NCBI GenBank assembly: GCA_963693365.1
Contig: CAVNZM010000016.1
Location: forward strand, 5,746,529 to 5,810,528
Direction of reading: 5' to 3'
Length of the DNA stretch: 64,000 bases
Source: Amoebidium appalachense
Lineage: Eukaryota > Protista > Ichthyosporea
Below, piece after piece: positions 34,128 through 47,497 of the stretch. Position 1 is the stretch's first letter. Every line of letters starts with the position of its first letter. The position numbers were made by a program, and so were the translations under genes. The notes below the pieces were generated by a model. The model saw nothing but the letters and a program-made list of their open reading frames with translations, searched no databases and was not told the origin of the DNA.

Positions 34128-34602
34128 ACCCCCCCCTTCCCCCGGAATGCCGCGCACACTGTTGAACTCATGGCATTTTTTGATGTGGTAAATTGATAGT
34201 AAGGTAAAGAGCACCTTCGTTTCATTTCAACTTTCAACGTATTTATTTTTGTTTCTCCGTAGTTTATGTGGACCAGGTATGATGGTCACCTCTGACAGAT
34301 ACGATAAAGAGCAAGTTCACGGAGATCTTGCTCCCAAAATTCCACGGTAATTCCTGTACATGCATAGCCGGCGCTTCAAATCAAATAATGATTGCAGTTG
34401 TTACATGAATACATTACGATTTTTCGGCCGATTTTTTTTTTTCCCCTTCAAATATTTGCGTTAGCATTAAATTGAATACAAATTTGATGAAGAGTAGGAT
34501 TTCAAACGATAGAATACAAAGATGTGCCATGATATTTTTATTGCATTTATTTTCAAACCATACAAATGAATATACAGATGCAAAAAGTAGTCAAATGAGT
34601 AA

Positions 34603-36141
34603 CTAATGTCCAGCGTAGATATTGGTTAGCTTAGAGGCTCTCCGTTTAGCCACAATAACCCCCTCGCGATCATTCAGGTGAGTCACTTTAACGCCAATAG
34701 CGGCTGCCGCATTCATCAAATCCTTATTTGGTTCGTCCTGTGTGTTAACGTAGTGCACCTTTGGTTTAAGCATTCCGTTAAAGCTGGTTGCGCCAGCCCG
34801 CGTGTACGAACCAATCTCGTCAAAGTACATCCAGTCACCCATATCTAACTCAGGCAACCACACGCTCTCCAAAACCTTGTCCCCGCTATCGCACGTGGGG
34901 CCATACACGATGCTTTCATAAGCCTCACCCTCCTGTCCGTACATGGTCAAAGGAATGCCGTCGAAAGATCCGGATTGGAGGTCACGGCGGCGAAGAAGCA
35001 CTTTCGGGCTGATGTGGAGGATTTTCGCACGGCGAAGAAGGGAGATGACGAAACTACCATATGCACCATCGTTGAGATAGTACATGAACTGAGGTTTCTC
35101 CCCGTTCGGATCTGCGGGTGAAAGGGGTGCCTGGTCGACAGAATCACTGCTTGCATTGCTGTTTCGTGAGGGCAAGAATGACCCACAACCAATGTTGATT
35201 TGGCTGCGGCTAAGAGCGACCAGTGCACCTTCCCGTACCAGGCGCTTGCTCACGATACCTGTTGCTAGCATGGAACACTTGCGTGCAAAATACTGTCCGG
35301 GCTCAGAAATAATATGGAGACCATCGGTGGAAGGGAAAAACTCAGCCAGCGCTGCCTTAAATGTTGAGGCAATGTCCTCCAGGTGGACGGTGGCGTGGAT
35401 GTCCGACCCAGGGAACCCACCGCCGATATCCAACAGAGAAAACTTGTAGCCCATCTCCTTACCAATCACGAACGCATCGTATGCCATCTCAACCGCCGTG
35501 CGATATGCCGCAGCATCTTGGCACCCGCACCCCACATGGAAGCTCACACCCGTTACGTTCAAACCAAGTTCGCGTGCCTTTTGAATAAGTGGCCTGATGG
35601 CGTCTTTTTCAGCACCGAATTTAGCTCCTAGCGGCTCAGCGGCAAAGCTATCATCCACACGCAGACGTAAAACTACTTCGGCGTCAGGATAAACTGCAGC
35701 AATTTTGAACAGCTCCGGCTCGTTGTCAAACGTCATTGCTTTGACACCCATCTGACGTGCATGGATGATAGAAGGAACAGGCTTTGACGGGTTTGCGTAA
35801 ATGATGAGGTCAGGTGACACCCCAAGAGCAAGGACAGCGTCAATCTCTGCGCGGCTTGCGCAGTCAAAACCACAGCCCAATGCAGCCAGAGATGCCAGTA
35901 TGGGGGCATCGGGGCGGCATTTAACAGCGTAGAATGGGGTGACATTGGGAAGAAGGTCATGCCATAACTTGTAGCGGCGCTCAAGGTTGCCCAAGTCCAC
36001 TACTTCGACGGATTGCTCTGACCAAATGTCCGCGGCCACAAATGCACGGAGAGCGTTCAGGGCACGGGTGTAGTGGGCATCCTCATATGGATGGTTGGAG
36101 GCCTCAGGTGCCGCAACACGTTCGGTCGATGAAAAAACCAT
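34603..36141 (-). CDS. Ornithine-decarboxylase-like PLP enzyme (fold type III, group IV decarboxylase), 512 aa, intronless; substrate uncertain
   Basis: Motifs PFYAVKC (PLP lysine), GFDCAS, IIYANPSK, MTFDN, KFGA, GVSFHVG, LDIGGGFPG, EPG, YYLNDGAYGSF, GPTCD, GDW and G.YT...FNG. First ATG at 36141 (MVFSSTERV). Confidence 0.93.
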   Translation of the reverse strand: MVFSSTERVAAPEASNHPYEDAHYTRALNALRAFVAADIWSEQSVEVVDLGNLERRYKLWHDLLPNVTPFYAVKCRPDAPILASLAALGCGFDCASRAEIDAVLALGVSPDLIIYANPSKPVPSIIHARQMGVKAMTFDNEPELFKIAAVYPDAEVVLRLRVDDSFAAEPLGAKFGAEKDAIRPLIQKARELGLNVTGVSFHVGCGCQDAAAYRTAVEMAYDAFVIGKEMGYKFSLLDIGGGFPGSDIHATVHLEDIASTFKAALAEFFPSTDGLHIISEPGQYFARKCSMLATGIVSKRLVREGALVALSRSQINIGCGSFLPSRNSNASSDSVDQAPLSPADPNGEKPQFMYYLNDGAYGSFVISLLRRAKILHISPKVLLRRRDLQSGSFDGIPLTMYGQEGEAYESIVYGPTCDSGDKVLESVWLPELDMGDWMYFDEIGSYTRAGATSFNGMLKPKVHYVNTQDEPNKDLMNAAAAIGVKVTHLNDREGVIVAKRRASKLTNIYAGH

Positions 36142-36341
36142 TGTGCTGGTTGTATATAAACTGGTTTGCTTTGTGTATATAAAGATTGTAAATGGGTTTG
36201 CCTTTGTGTTGGCCGTTTTAAGTTTCGGCAACAGGATTTCTTCGGATAGGCCTACAAGCTTAATTAATTATAAGTATTCAGTATAATTGAATTCTTGTTT
36301 TGATTTTCCTCGATCTGACTGAATCCACCCCTTGCGCGGTC

Positions 36342-36349
36342 TTTATATA
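36342..36349 (-). promoter_or_regulatory. Putative TATA box of the ODC-like gene
   Basis: TATATAAA on the minus strand in G/C flanks, ~200 nt upstream of the ATG. Confidence 0.5.
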
Positions 36350-37265
36350 CCCCCATGCAGCCAAACTCGATTGGCTGAGATGCTCCTTTCTGTGATTCGT
36401 GCAATACAATCCCCAAAACTCACAATTTAAACTGGACCAGCGCGTTGATATGCTCAGCAAAATAGAAGCCATCGAGATATCACCGATATCTCGGAGAAGA
36501 AAATACAAAAGCCCTCACTCTCGGATATGGAGGAGACAACGACTTAAATAACCATACACCCTAGAAAACTTGTTAAACATACGGTGGTTCAACAGAGAGT
36601 CATTAGACGTAATATCAGGATTATCTAAATAAGCCAGTCTTCTAATTTCTAATGGAATAATCTGAGATAAATAAATCCATCTATCTATTTTAAATTACTT
36701 ATTTTTAAGAGTAAGATGTGATACATTCTTCTACAGTTTATTGGTACAATTATTTGAAGATAGAAATATAACGCCCTATTTGTGTTTTAATGTTTTGCCG
36801 TGCAGGCTGTAGTACTCTTGAACCAATTTTATTTTAAACATAGATTGTTCTGATTGAACTTGGCCATGGTGGCACATGCCGGTCACGTGCCCAGTTCTTC
36901 TACATCAAGGGGGATATTGTATTCGAGCAAGATCCACGATAGATTGCGTCGATTGGTCCAAACTTTTCCAAAGATCGCAAGAAAGGATTCCATTGGCCCA
37001 GCCAGATTCCTACGGCTGACCCGGTAGATCCCTAGGCGGAGCGGCGGGCCGAGCCGGCCGGCAAGCTGCCGGAGGAGTACTTTGAGCGAGTTTGTGTGTT
37101 CGTACATTTTTAACTCCGTGAGAAAAACTTATATATAGCCACAAAAACAACCTGGAATACTCACGCTGGCGCCGCTGCAGCAATATTGTTGATACTGCCT
37201 TCTATTCTCCCCATTTCAACCAAAACCTCCTCCTCCTCCCCCTTCCCCCCCCCCCCCCCGGGCCC

Positions 37266-37328
<63 letters not shown>

Positions 37329-37414
37329 GAATCACGGATATTCTCAGAAGTTCCTCCAAGGGCGGGACCCTTACCTTGCTTCCTCCCTTCGGTGTTCTAA
37401 GAAGACCGTGGTGT

Positions 37415-37555
37415 CTTATCACCCAAGTTAGATCGATATCGATACCGAATTACAGTACACGAATAGAAACTTTATCTTCCGGTACGTGGTACATGTAAAG
37501 TTTCTATCCGTGTACTGTAATTGGGTATCGATATCGAGCTAACTTGAGTGATAAG
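37415..37555. repeat. Long inverted repeat (60-bp arms, 21-nt spacer); foldback/MITE-like or hairpin RNA locus
   Basis: 37415-37474 is the reverse complement of 37496-37555 with 4 mismatches. Confidence 0.9.
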
Positions 37556-37986
37556 TATTTGGACCGTGCGTTTCATTTCAAGAGTCAGTGTGTACAACAA
37601 TGAGCAAGGGCACCATCTGCATGGCAATCCATCCTCCAATTTGCCGATTCAGATAGCAGACGTTCATTAGGCCTGTGCCTCAACGCTTCCGTCATGAACA
37701 TGTGCTCGTCATCGAATATTTTCTGATGCAGAACTCGATGGGCTTCTTCTGAATTCGGCCGGGCAAGCACTGTGACAGCTGGCTATGGAACGATTTTCTC
37801 ACGTTCAGTGTACACAACCATAATAAAGAAGCAGAGGGAATTCAATGAATTGTCCCCCCCCCCCCCCCCTCCCCCTCCCCCCCTCTCCCTTCCCTGCCCC
37901 CACCACCACCCGTTAAACTCCTGCCCGGCCGGGGGCCCCCTCTCCCCCCCCCCCCCCCCCCGTCCCCCCCCCCCCCCCCCCCCCCT

Positions 37987-38017
<31 letters not shown>

Positions 38018-38229
38018 TTTGTCCTCCCCAAGAGAAGAAGAAAAAAACTTTTAGAAGAAGAAGAAAAAGAAACTTTGATTAAATAAATGAAAAAGTGCAA
38101 GCCGCGAGTAATAAAGATAAAATTTTCATTATCATAATAAAAACTTAAAGAACAGAAAAAAACGCAATGGCCTATTAACTTGCGCCATTAGCCCTCACTT
38201 GCACGACGTGCAGATAGCAACACAGGCAC

Positions 38230-38336
38230 ACACACGCCCGCACACACACACATACACATACATACACACCCACACCCACACACCCCTAAACATCTACACA
38301 CACGCACGCACACACACACGCACGCGCACACGCGCG

Positions 38337-38385
<49 letters not shown>

Positions 38386-38503
38386 CTGCACGCATGCGCA
38401 TTACACATGCACACACGCACACACCCACCCACACACACACACACATACAAACACACACGCATGCACATACACACACCACACCGCAACACACACACCACAC
38501 ACA

Positions 38504-38569
<66 letters not shown>

Positions 38570-38715
38570 ACACGCACAAGCACACACACAAGCACACACA
38601 CACACACGCACACGCACACGCACACACCTCCTATGTACACACACACACACACACACACGCATGTACACATGTGCTCACTCACACACCTGCGGACACACAT
38701 TACACGTGCACACGT

Positions 38716-38773
<58 letters not shown>

Positions 38774-38776
38774 CAT

Positions 38777-38810
<34 letters not shown>

Positions 38811-38866
38811 TGGCACCAACACGCACACACGCACACACACACTTACACACACACACGCATGCACGT

Positions 38867-38897
<31 letters not shown>

Positions 38898-39065
38898 CAC
38901 GCACATGCACAGACCTCCTATGTACACACACATGTACACACGTGCACACACACACACACATGTACACATGTACACTAACACACACCTGCACGCACACACA
39001 TTACACACGCACACGTGCACACACATGCACACACACGCACACGCACACACACGCGCGCGCACACA
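38230..39065. repeat. Degenerate (CA)n/(CACG)n low-complexity block
   Basis: About 0.8 kb of almost continuous alternating purine-pyrimidine sequence. Confidence 0.9.
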
Positions 39066-39406
39066 ATGCTTGGGACGCCTAAGGCAGGGACTAAGTCCGC
39101 TAGTGTGTATTTTTACATTCTAGACCAACGCTTAGCTAATGAACGAGTGGTGATGCGCTCCTTAGGTCACCGTTCATTTTGGTGTAACTAACGTTGGCAG
39201 AGCACCCTTGTAAGCTCACTGGTTCTATTCACACTGCCTGTACACGGTTTATACATTTACCTAACTATAAATACATGGTATACAAGCCCGAGTATTATTA
39301 TTATTATTAAACTACCACTCCACGTCATCTACTTCCCCATCTACAACATACACACAAATGCATGCACATGCTCACGCACACGCACACCCACGCACACGTG
39401 TGCGCG

Positions 39407-39437
<31 letters not shown>

Positions 39438-39482
39438 GCACAGACACATACACACACACACACGCACACACACACACACGCG

Positions 39483-39553
<71 letters not shown>

Positions 39554-39865
39554 CCAAAAGGAGAGAAAAGAAGGAATAGAATAACCAAGCTTAACTAAAA
39601 ACATTGCATACATATAACCAGAGGACACAACTTAGGCCCAAGGGAAGACCTTGAGTGCAACCACAGAGGCATGACATGTATAAACAAAAAGGGTCTATTC
39701 AGTCTTTTTGCCCAATCTCATACGCATGCACTGAAAATTACACACGATTATCACAACCTAATCTAGATTTCAGTTCTTATGTGTTCTAGGGCTCTTTGCT
39801 CATATGTACATGTGTGTCAGGTGGCAGGTGGATACCCCATACAACCACCACCGCCCATCCATCCC

Positions 39866-39897
<32 letters not shown>

Positions 39898-40165
39898 CCC
39901 CGACGTACCCCCAGTATTATTCCACTACTGGCACACGTTCACACACTTCTTTGGCACATAGCACCCTGACAAAAACTTGGTACCAGACTTTGCACCCCAT
40001 ACATATTACACGAATACATAATTACAGTGATAATAATTGAGAATTATGATAGCAAAACTCAGGGATATTTTGAACCGCGATTGAAATTTACTTTCCCGGC
40101 TACTGTACATCACAGGTTACCAAAGAGGCACACTACTTTCGGACATTATACCCTTCCCCACAAGC

Positions 40166-40495
40166 TCAATCGCCGTCATTTCTTGCTTCCACTTCCTCTT
40201 CCGACACAAAATCCAACGGAAATCGGAAACAGAACGATAAGGAATTGCCATTAGCAGGCAGTGACTGTTCATGGGTTAATGTTGTTGAAGATGGGGATGG
40301 ACCGCCATTTTTGCGGCAGAGGATTGAGTTGGTGGGGGTGGATTTCTGGCCGAAAGTTGCACACAGTACCTTGTGGACTTTCCAGTGATGCCTCTGGCAG
40401 TCCTTGCCGCAGTAGAGTGCCATCTTGCAGCCGCTGCAGTGCAAGAGGGAACGGCCGGCACACTCCCGGTGCCAACACTTGACACAGGCACGTGC
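40166..40495 (-). CDS. Terminal coding exon of a MYND-type zinc-finger protein; upstream exons probably between 40.6 and 45 kb (candidates near 40670-40685, 40840-40900, 41607-41658, 42905-42963)
   Basis: After a (CA)n-CAG acceptor: ACVKC...[29 protein letters not shown], matching the MYND pattern CxxC..CxxC..YC..CQ..HW..HK..C; stop at 40166-40168. Confidence 0.75.
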   Translation of the reverse strand, partial: ARACVKCWHRECAGRSLLHCSGCKMALYCGKDCQRHHWKVHKVLCATFGQKSTPTNSILCRKNGGPSPSSTTLTHEQSLPANGNSLSFCFRFPLDFVSEEEVEARNDGD

Positions 40496-40537
40496 CTGTG
40501 TGTGAGTGTGTGTGTGTGTGTGTGCGTGTGTGTGTGT

Positions 40538-40631
<94 letters not shown>

Positions 40632-41015
40632 GTGTGCACGCACGTGTGCGCTCATATGTGTGTGCGTACTCGGCGAGGATGTGTCCTGCGCTTTTGCTTG
40701 TGTGTGTGCAGGAACGCATGTGCGCATACATGCAAGTGCACATGTAAATCATTAGTGTGAGTGCAGGTCGATTATTATGAGTGAAGGTATCTGTGACGAT
40801 GGGTTCAGATATACGACGGGTATCTGTTTGTGATTCACCTGGCCCAAACGCGCTGGTGTGTGTATTGTATCTGACCATGGTGGCACTGCCTGGGTGGTAC
40901 TGTGTTTGGTTGGGGTTGGTGTGCGCGTGTACGTATGTGCGTGTAGGTGTCTGGGCAGGTGCACTAGCCCTCCTTCTATAAGTATATTCCCGGCCGGAAC
41001 ATGCATGTGGGTGTA

Positions 41016-41050
<35 letters not shown>

Positions 41051-41975
41051 CGCGCGTGTGCGCCTGCGTATGTGCGTGTGTGTACATGGTGTGTATGTGT
41101 GTGTGTGTGTGCTTGAGGAGGGGGGGGAAGAGGAGGGGGGGGGGGGGGGGGGGGGGGAGGGGAGGGCAACGTTCTTTGTTGCTCCTGTCGGTTATTTCGG
41201 TTATTTGAAACCAACGTCATTCGCCTCCTCGCTCTCTCTTCCCCGCCTTGACCGCCTCCCCCCAAATAGTATATGCTCACATGCCACATACACACACGCA
41301 CTGATATCTGCATTTGTACTAAGTCGTTGGGATATTCAATTCAGTTGCGTTGTCGGCAGTGTGTCTATTTATATACAATACAGGGTGTCTCAGATGTATG
41401 GCAGTGCCCCCTCCCCCCCCCCCCCTCCCCCCCCCCCCCCCCCCCCCCTTCCCCACGGGTTCCCCTCAAAAAGGAGACAAGAAAAATATACGAAAAAAGT
41501 GAGGTGCAGAGGAGTCCGACACCCCTCCCCCTCCCCCTTTTTTTTGAAAAAAAAAAAAAGAAAAAAAGAAAAAAGAAAAAAAGAAACAAACACCACCAGC
41601 CAACACCTGCGATGTGCGTATCTATGTATATGACACGGTCTCTGAGGATCTGGTTGTGCTAAGTAGAAATAATAAAACAAGAAAACACACACGACAGACA
41701 ATGAGTGGAAAGGTTTTCTTGTTGGGGGAATGGCGGGGGGAGGGGGGGGGGGGGGGGGGGGGGGGGGTATCGCTCGGCAGCGGTGCAAAAGCCATCAATC
41801 CGTGGCTGTAAACACGGCTTCTCTGTTCGGTAAAGTCTCAGCCGTCTGATACCAAGACCAAAAAAATAGCTTTAGAAAAGATACTATCATAGTACTTCGA
41901 AAACTGCTTTAGAAATGTCATTAAAGAAACAAAAAAGGGAAAAACCTTGTCCCTCCGTTTCTCTGCCTTTCTCTT

Positions 41976-42011
<36 letters not shown>

Positions 42012-42175
42012 ACTTCTCCCTCCCATCTCCCCCTCCTCCTCTCTCCCGTCCCCTCTCCCGTGGCACCATCTCCCCCCCCCCCCCCCCCCCCTTTCTCTTC
42101 TCCCCTCAATCTCTCTCCCTCCCCCCTCCTCCCCCCCCCCCCCCCCCCCCGCTAGCTCTCTCTCCTCGCTCTCTC

Positions 42176-42752
42176 TCTCGTTTTCTTTCTGTGTGTGTCC
42201 CTCCCTCCCTCTCACTTGCCCTACCTTCCTCTCGTTCCTTTCCCCCTCCCCCCTCCCCTCGTTGTTCTCCCTCCCTCTTGCTCTTGCTCTCCCTCCCCCC
42301 CCCCCCTCCTCTCTCACTCCTCCACCCCCTCCTCCCTCCCCCACACCACACACATAGATATCTACTCTCGTCATGTTTTCACCATGCAGATCGCAACATT
42401 ACACAGTGCTTGATATTTACACATTTCGTGATTAGGCTTGCTCTATTAGTATAAATTACGGCAGCCCAGCATCATGTGTACCCACACCTCCACTCTCTTC
42501 CCATCCTCCCCCTCTGCCAAGTTGAGACTCCAACAATCAATATTACTCTCCTGTTGCCCAATCCGAGCACCTCCCGGCCCTTAAGTTTTAAGCCCTTATT
42601 GAAATAAGATAGATCAACATCTGCCACTTAATTTCTACAAATTTCAACTTTGCACATACCCACCTCATGCCTAGTCAACAGGACCGCCACGGTGTCCATA
42701 CTTTTGTCCTTGGCCGCATACCTAACCTCATCTCTGAATTCCAACTCAATCT
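42176..42752. repeat. Dispersed ~0.6-kb repeat, copy A
   Basis: Collinear similarity to 54151-54748 (shared TTTTCACCATGCA.ATCGCAA.ATTACACAGTGCTTGA and TTTTGTCCTTGGCCGCATACCTAA). Confidence 0.8.
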
Positions 42753-42781
42753 CCCCTTCTCCTCCCCCCCCCCCCCTCCCC

Positions 42782-42812
<31 letters not shown>

Positions 42813-43740
42813 AACTATGTACACATACCCTCGGTACCCATAGAGGAAATCAACGAAAGGTGGGTGTAGGGCTGTAATTTCTGAAGTTAGTCTGGTCTGC
42901 ATACTTGCTTATCAGGCAAGAACCATTCCACATGTACAGCTTTTGGATCCCCCGGGGTCCATCCTAAAATTTCACCCGGCCGGTAGGTAGCCCTCCCCCC
43001 CCTCCCCCCTTTACACGCACGCACGCACGTAGACTGCCCTCTTCCGCGCAAGCACGCACGCATACAGAGCGCCCTCTTTCTTAGTAACACACCCCCCTCT
43101 CCCCCCCCCCCCCCCCCCCCTGTTTTGCTCGTTCTATCGCATACCCTGCTCACACCCTGCCCACAGCACACCGTGTAACCCACATTTCTGTCCGCTCATC
43201 AAACCGTGACAAAACAATACATGAACAGGTGCATAGTTGCATTCCAAAGAAAAGGCAGCACGGGGGGGGAGGGGGGGGGGGGGTGGAATCCGAGATTCGG
43301 CACGAAGCACTAGGGGGGGGGGGGGGGGGGGGGGGGGGGACGGGAGAGGCAAGAAGGAGAGCTCGGAAGTGACGGTCGGAGGGTTGGGTGGTCTTCGGGG
43401 AAAAGGGTGGGGGAGTGGGGGGAGGGGGAGAGGGGGGGGGGGGGGGGGGGGGGGGATCCAACTCTCCCAGTCACATGCACACACGTGCACACAGGTAAAA
43501 ACATACGTGGCACACAACACACACAAACATGCAATACACAAACACACACACACGCACATTCATACGCAAATGATGCACGCATAACACAAACACATGCACA
43601 CAAACACAGACGCACGAACGCACACCGCGGCACACATACACACGCACACATGCAGCATGCATACCACCCACAAATGCACACACAAACACACACACACACA
43701 CATACCCACAGTGGCAGCAGTGGAACTCATCAGTGAGAGC

Positions 43741-43913
<173 letters not shown>

Positions 43914-44506
43914 CCACCTACACACACACAGATGCTATTGTTTTGTACATATAGGGAAAGAGGCCTAAGAAAAGTGGTCAGAGGTGTAATGAGCCACAGA
44001 AAAGGCTCTCAAACCATAGCCAGCTCTCCAAACATCCACAACCTTTGGTGATGAGTTTAACAATTTCTGCATTCATCTACCTGTGTTCCGACAGCAGGGG
44101 AACAGCCTTAATTACGGGCAACGGGTGAAGAAGCATTTAACAAGTGGATCCCCTTGGGTCCATAAAATAATGTTCAAATGTGTGTAGTATGACGTGAAAC
44201 ACATCAGCACACCACTGCATACACACCCATTAAATACGCAGACACACACATGCAAAAATGAGCCCAACCACATGGGCAGGTTTATTCTGCTCAGTACAGA
44301 ATGATTTGGCGTCTTGCCAAGAGCAGAATAGTTCTGCAAACAATCCTGGGTTTTAAAGAACAACACCGCTTTTTAAAAAATAAATAATGATGCAATCCAA
44401 AGAAGTTCTACGCGCAGTATCTTATGCTGCTGCTCTCAGCAGAATAATTCTGATATTCTGATATAAGGCAGAAGGAATCTTTGTGTCCTGTACCATAATT
44501 CTACTT

Positions 44507-44549
<43 letters not shown>

Positions 44550-45025
44550 CACGCACACACACGCACACACACACAGACGCACACACACACACATACACAC
44601 GTGCACACGTGCACACACACAAACACAGACACACGTGCAAACACTCACACTTGCGCGCGCATGCACACACACACAAACACACACAAACACACACACACGT
44701 GCAAATACTCACACACGCGCGCGCATGCACACACACACAAACACAAACACACACCGACACACACACATTCACACACGCGCGTGTGGGACTTTCTTGCGTT
44801 TGTGGAGGGTACATGAACATTACAACAAAGATCTACCCTTAAGCGCACTGGCCAATGATCAGAGTCCCTGCAAGGCAGTGTGTGTTTGCATCCAAGGAGA
44901 GGAGAAAAGGGCAGGGTTGGGGGGAGGGAGGGTGGGGGGAGGGGCGGGAGAGGAGGTGGAGGGGTTTGGCGGGAAGGGGAGGGGTGGCCGGGGGGTGAGG
45001 GGGTGGGGGTGGGGGGGGAGGGCAG

Positions 45026-45065
<40 letters not shown>

Positions 45066-45285
45066 GGGGGGAGGGGGGGGGGGGGGGTGGGGGGGTAGAG
45101 GAAGGGAGGGAGAGGGGTTGGCTCTCACAAATTTCTACATTTTCACAAGTGATAGTAAAAACGCCCCCCCCCCCCCCCCCCCCCCCCCTTCCCCCCAAAA
45201 AAAAAAAACTTTGGGGAAAAAAAAAAAAAAAAGTCTATGCAGCCGGTGAGGTGTGTGTGTGTGTGGTGGTGGTGGTGGTGGTGGT

Positions 45286-45413
<128 letters not shown>

Positions 45414-45950
45414 AGAGAGAGGCTCGGGGAGAGAGAGAGAGAGAGGGGTGGGGTGGGGGGGAGGAAGTTGAGGGGGTGGGGCTCTTTGAATGCTAACTTG
45501 ATGATTCGGAGCTTTTTTATATAAAAATAATTAAAAATAATAACAGTTACGAAGTCAACCCAAGAAGTTCAGCCGGTTAGCAAGCCGTTCGGGCAGGTGG
45601 TGATGGTGGTGATGGTGGTGGTGGTTAGGGGGGAGGGAGGGAGAGGGGGGGGAGGGGGAGAGGAGGGAAGGGGGGGGAAGGGGATAGAGGGGGTTATTTA
45701 CATTTTTTTTACTAGCTGGCGCAAGTGGTGATGTTGCAGACTGGGTATTTACAATACGGGCAGATTTATTTTTCGCGATCCACACATGGAACCCAAGTTG
45801 TGCCGTGATTCATCCAGTGAATACAGCCACACAATAAATAACGACAACATGAACCATTAGTTTTTGGCTAGCTGCACTGCCGAAGGTAGCGGGAATAGTA
45901 ACTAACAATCGGCTGGTGCAATGAGATAACCGTGCGCCGTTAACAACCAT

Positions 45951-47497
45951 CTACACCGCGTGCTGCGGAAGAAGTGACTGTTTGGGTGCTGGGCGGAATG
46001 GATGCATAACGGTGTGCCTCCACAGAGCCAAACCCTCCCGCCTGTGGAGTCTTCTCTGCTCATGTTCCGATGACTCCGCTCCACCATCATACATCTCTTC
46101 CTCCTTCTCCGAGGAAGGTGCTGGCTTGAATGTCGCCCAGAGACGCCCGTCCCACGCGTGATGAATCGTCTTCATGTGAACGAGAAACGACAAGTACACC
46201 ATGACGCAGCAGAATATGCGGCCAATCCACATGAAAAACTGGAAATGAGTGTCGTTGTAAAGCTGATAGGTGGAGAAGATCTGTGTGCAGAAAGGGAAAA
46301 TAATTCCCCACCAGCCCAGGTTGAAGGGCAGGCCCAAGTAGTCGGGTTCAATAGGCTTGCTCTTGTCCCTTTCCTCTTTAGTCCCATCGCCAAAAGGTAC
46401 TGGCCGCCCAAAAACGAGAAACAGTTTTCGTGCATTATGCAGCGAAAGGGTGCCTGCACACAGCAGCCACCAGCAACCAAAGCCCCACATGAGAAGACCG
46501 ATCAACATGGCGAACCCGGGTGCCATGTGCCCAAAAGAACACAGTGGGGCGGTGTCTGACAGAAAGTCCAGGCCGGGGGCACAGAGAACACCAGTGCGCG
46601 CTAGAAGGCCCACCTTCCTCCCCAAGATGAGAATACCGTTTGCACCCTGTCCGATGGGCCCAAGGACGAGCCACGTGCTGTTACCAAGGCCCTTTGGCGG
46701 CATGCCGAAAAACACAAGGCGTGAAAAGTAAACGCAGATAATCATAGCGGCAATAAGCACACCCATCCCCCACAGAACGAGAGATGTGATGACGACAGCC
46801 AACGCTCGGACTCCGTCCAGCTTTTCCGACAGACTTCCTCCGCAAGCGGCTGCGACCACGTTTGCAACAAAAGGAAGGAGCCACAGCGAAGACATGGTTG
46901 CAAATGCATGTTTTTGGCGGACAATCATGTAGTAGGCAGGAATGAACGCAGCGAGAACGGAAAGAGCAACGTCAACCCAGTAGAGAATATAGGTGATGTT
47001 AACGGCCGTGTCGTGCGACATTCCTATCATCTCGCCGAAGTTTAGGAAACCAAGCGCAACCGTCACCAGCCCCATAGGCAGGCAACCTGAAAACATGAAC
47101 TGCGCTGGATGGTCGAGCATTTTTATAACTCCCTCAGTATATAATATGCACCGGAGGGAAAACAGAAGCACAAAAAAGCACCAGTAGAACATATTCCAAA
47201 GCCAAATCACAACCCCAATCCACCTGAGGGTCACGAGAAAATCACCTTCCGCACCGGGAAACGCAGCAATTGCGAGCGCGGTACCACCCCGGTCATACCA
47301 AACCATGCGAGCTGGAAGTTCTTGATGATGTCGGGGCTATCATCTTGTGTGTTCTCAACTATGGCATCGGGTGGGTTGGAGCGAATAGAGGCTGTGCTTG
47401 TATTCGATTTTGCTTTGTTTTGCTGAGGTTCGCTGAGTGTGCAGGTATGGTTTGGTGCATATGCATCTGCACTGATGGTTGGGGTGTTGGTAGCCAT
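45951..47497 (-). CDS. TDT/SLAC1-family anion transporter (Mae1/Ssu1/TehA-like), intronless, frameshifted near 47290 (pseudogene or assembly error)
   Basis: One frame gives MATNTP...IIKNFQLAWFGMT. The adjacent frame continues GGTALAIAAFP and about 10 hydrophobic helices with family motifs HPAQFMFSGCLPMG, WLLPFVANVVAA, WLVLGPIGQ, LMWGFGCWW and FNLGWWGIIFP. Confidence 0.85.

Noticed and set aside
36142-36231. N-terminal extension of the ODC-like ORF (542-aa version)
   Set aside because: Starts at a non-ATG codon in AT-rich UTR-like sequence; the first ATG is at 36141.
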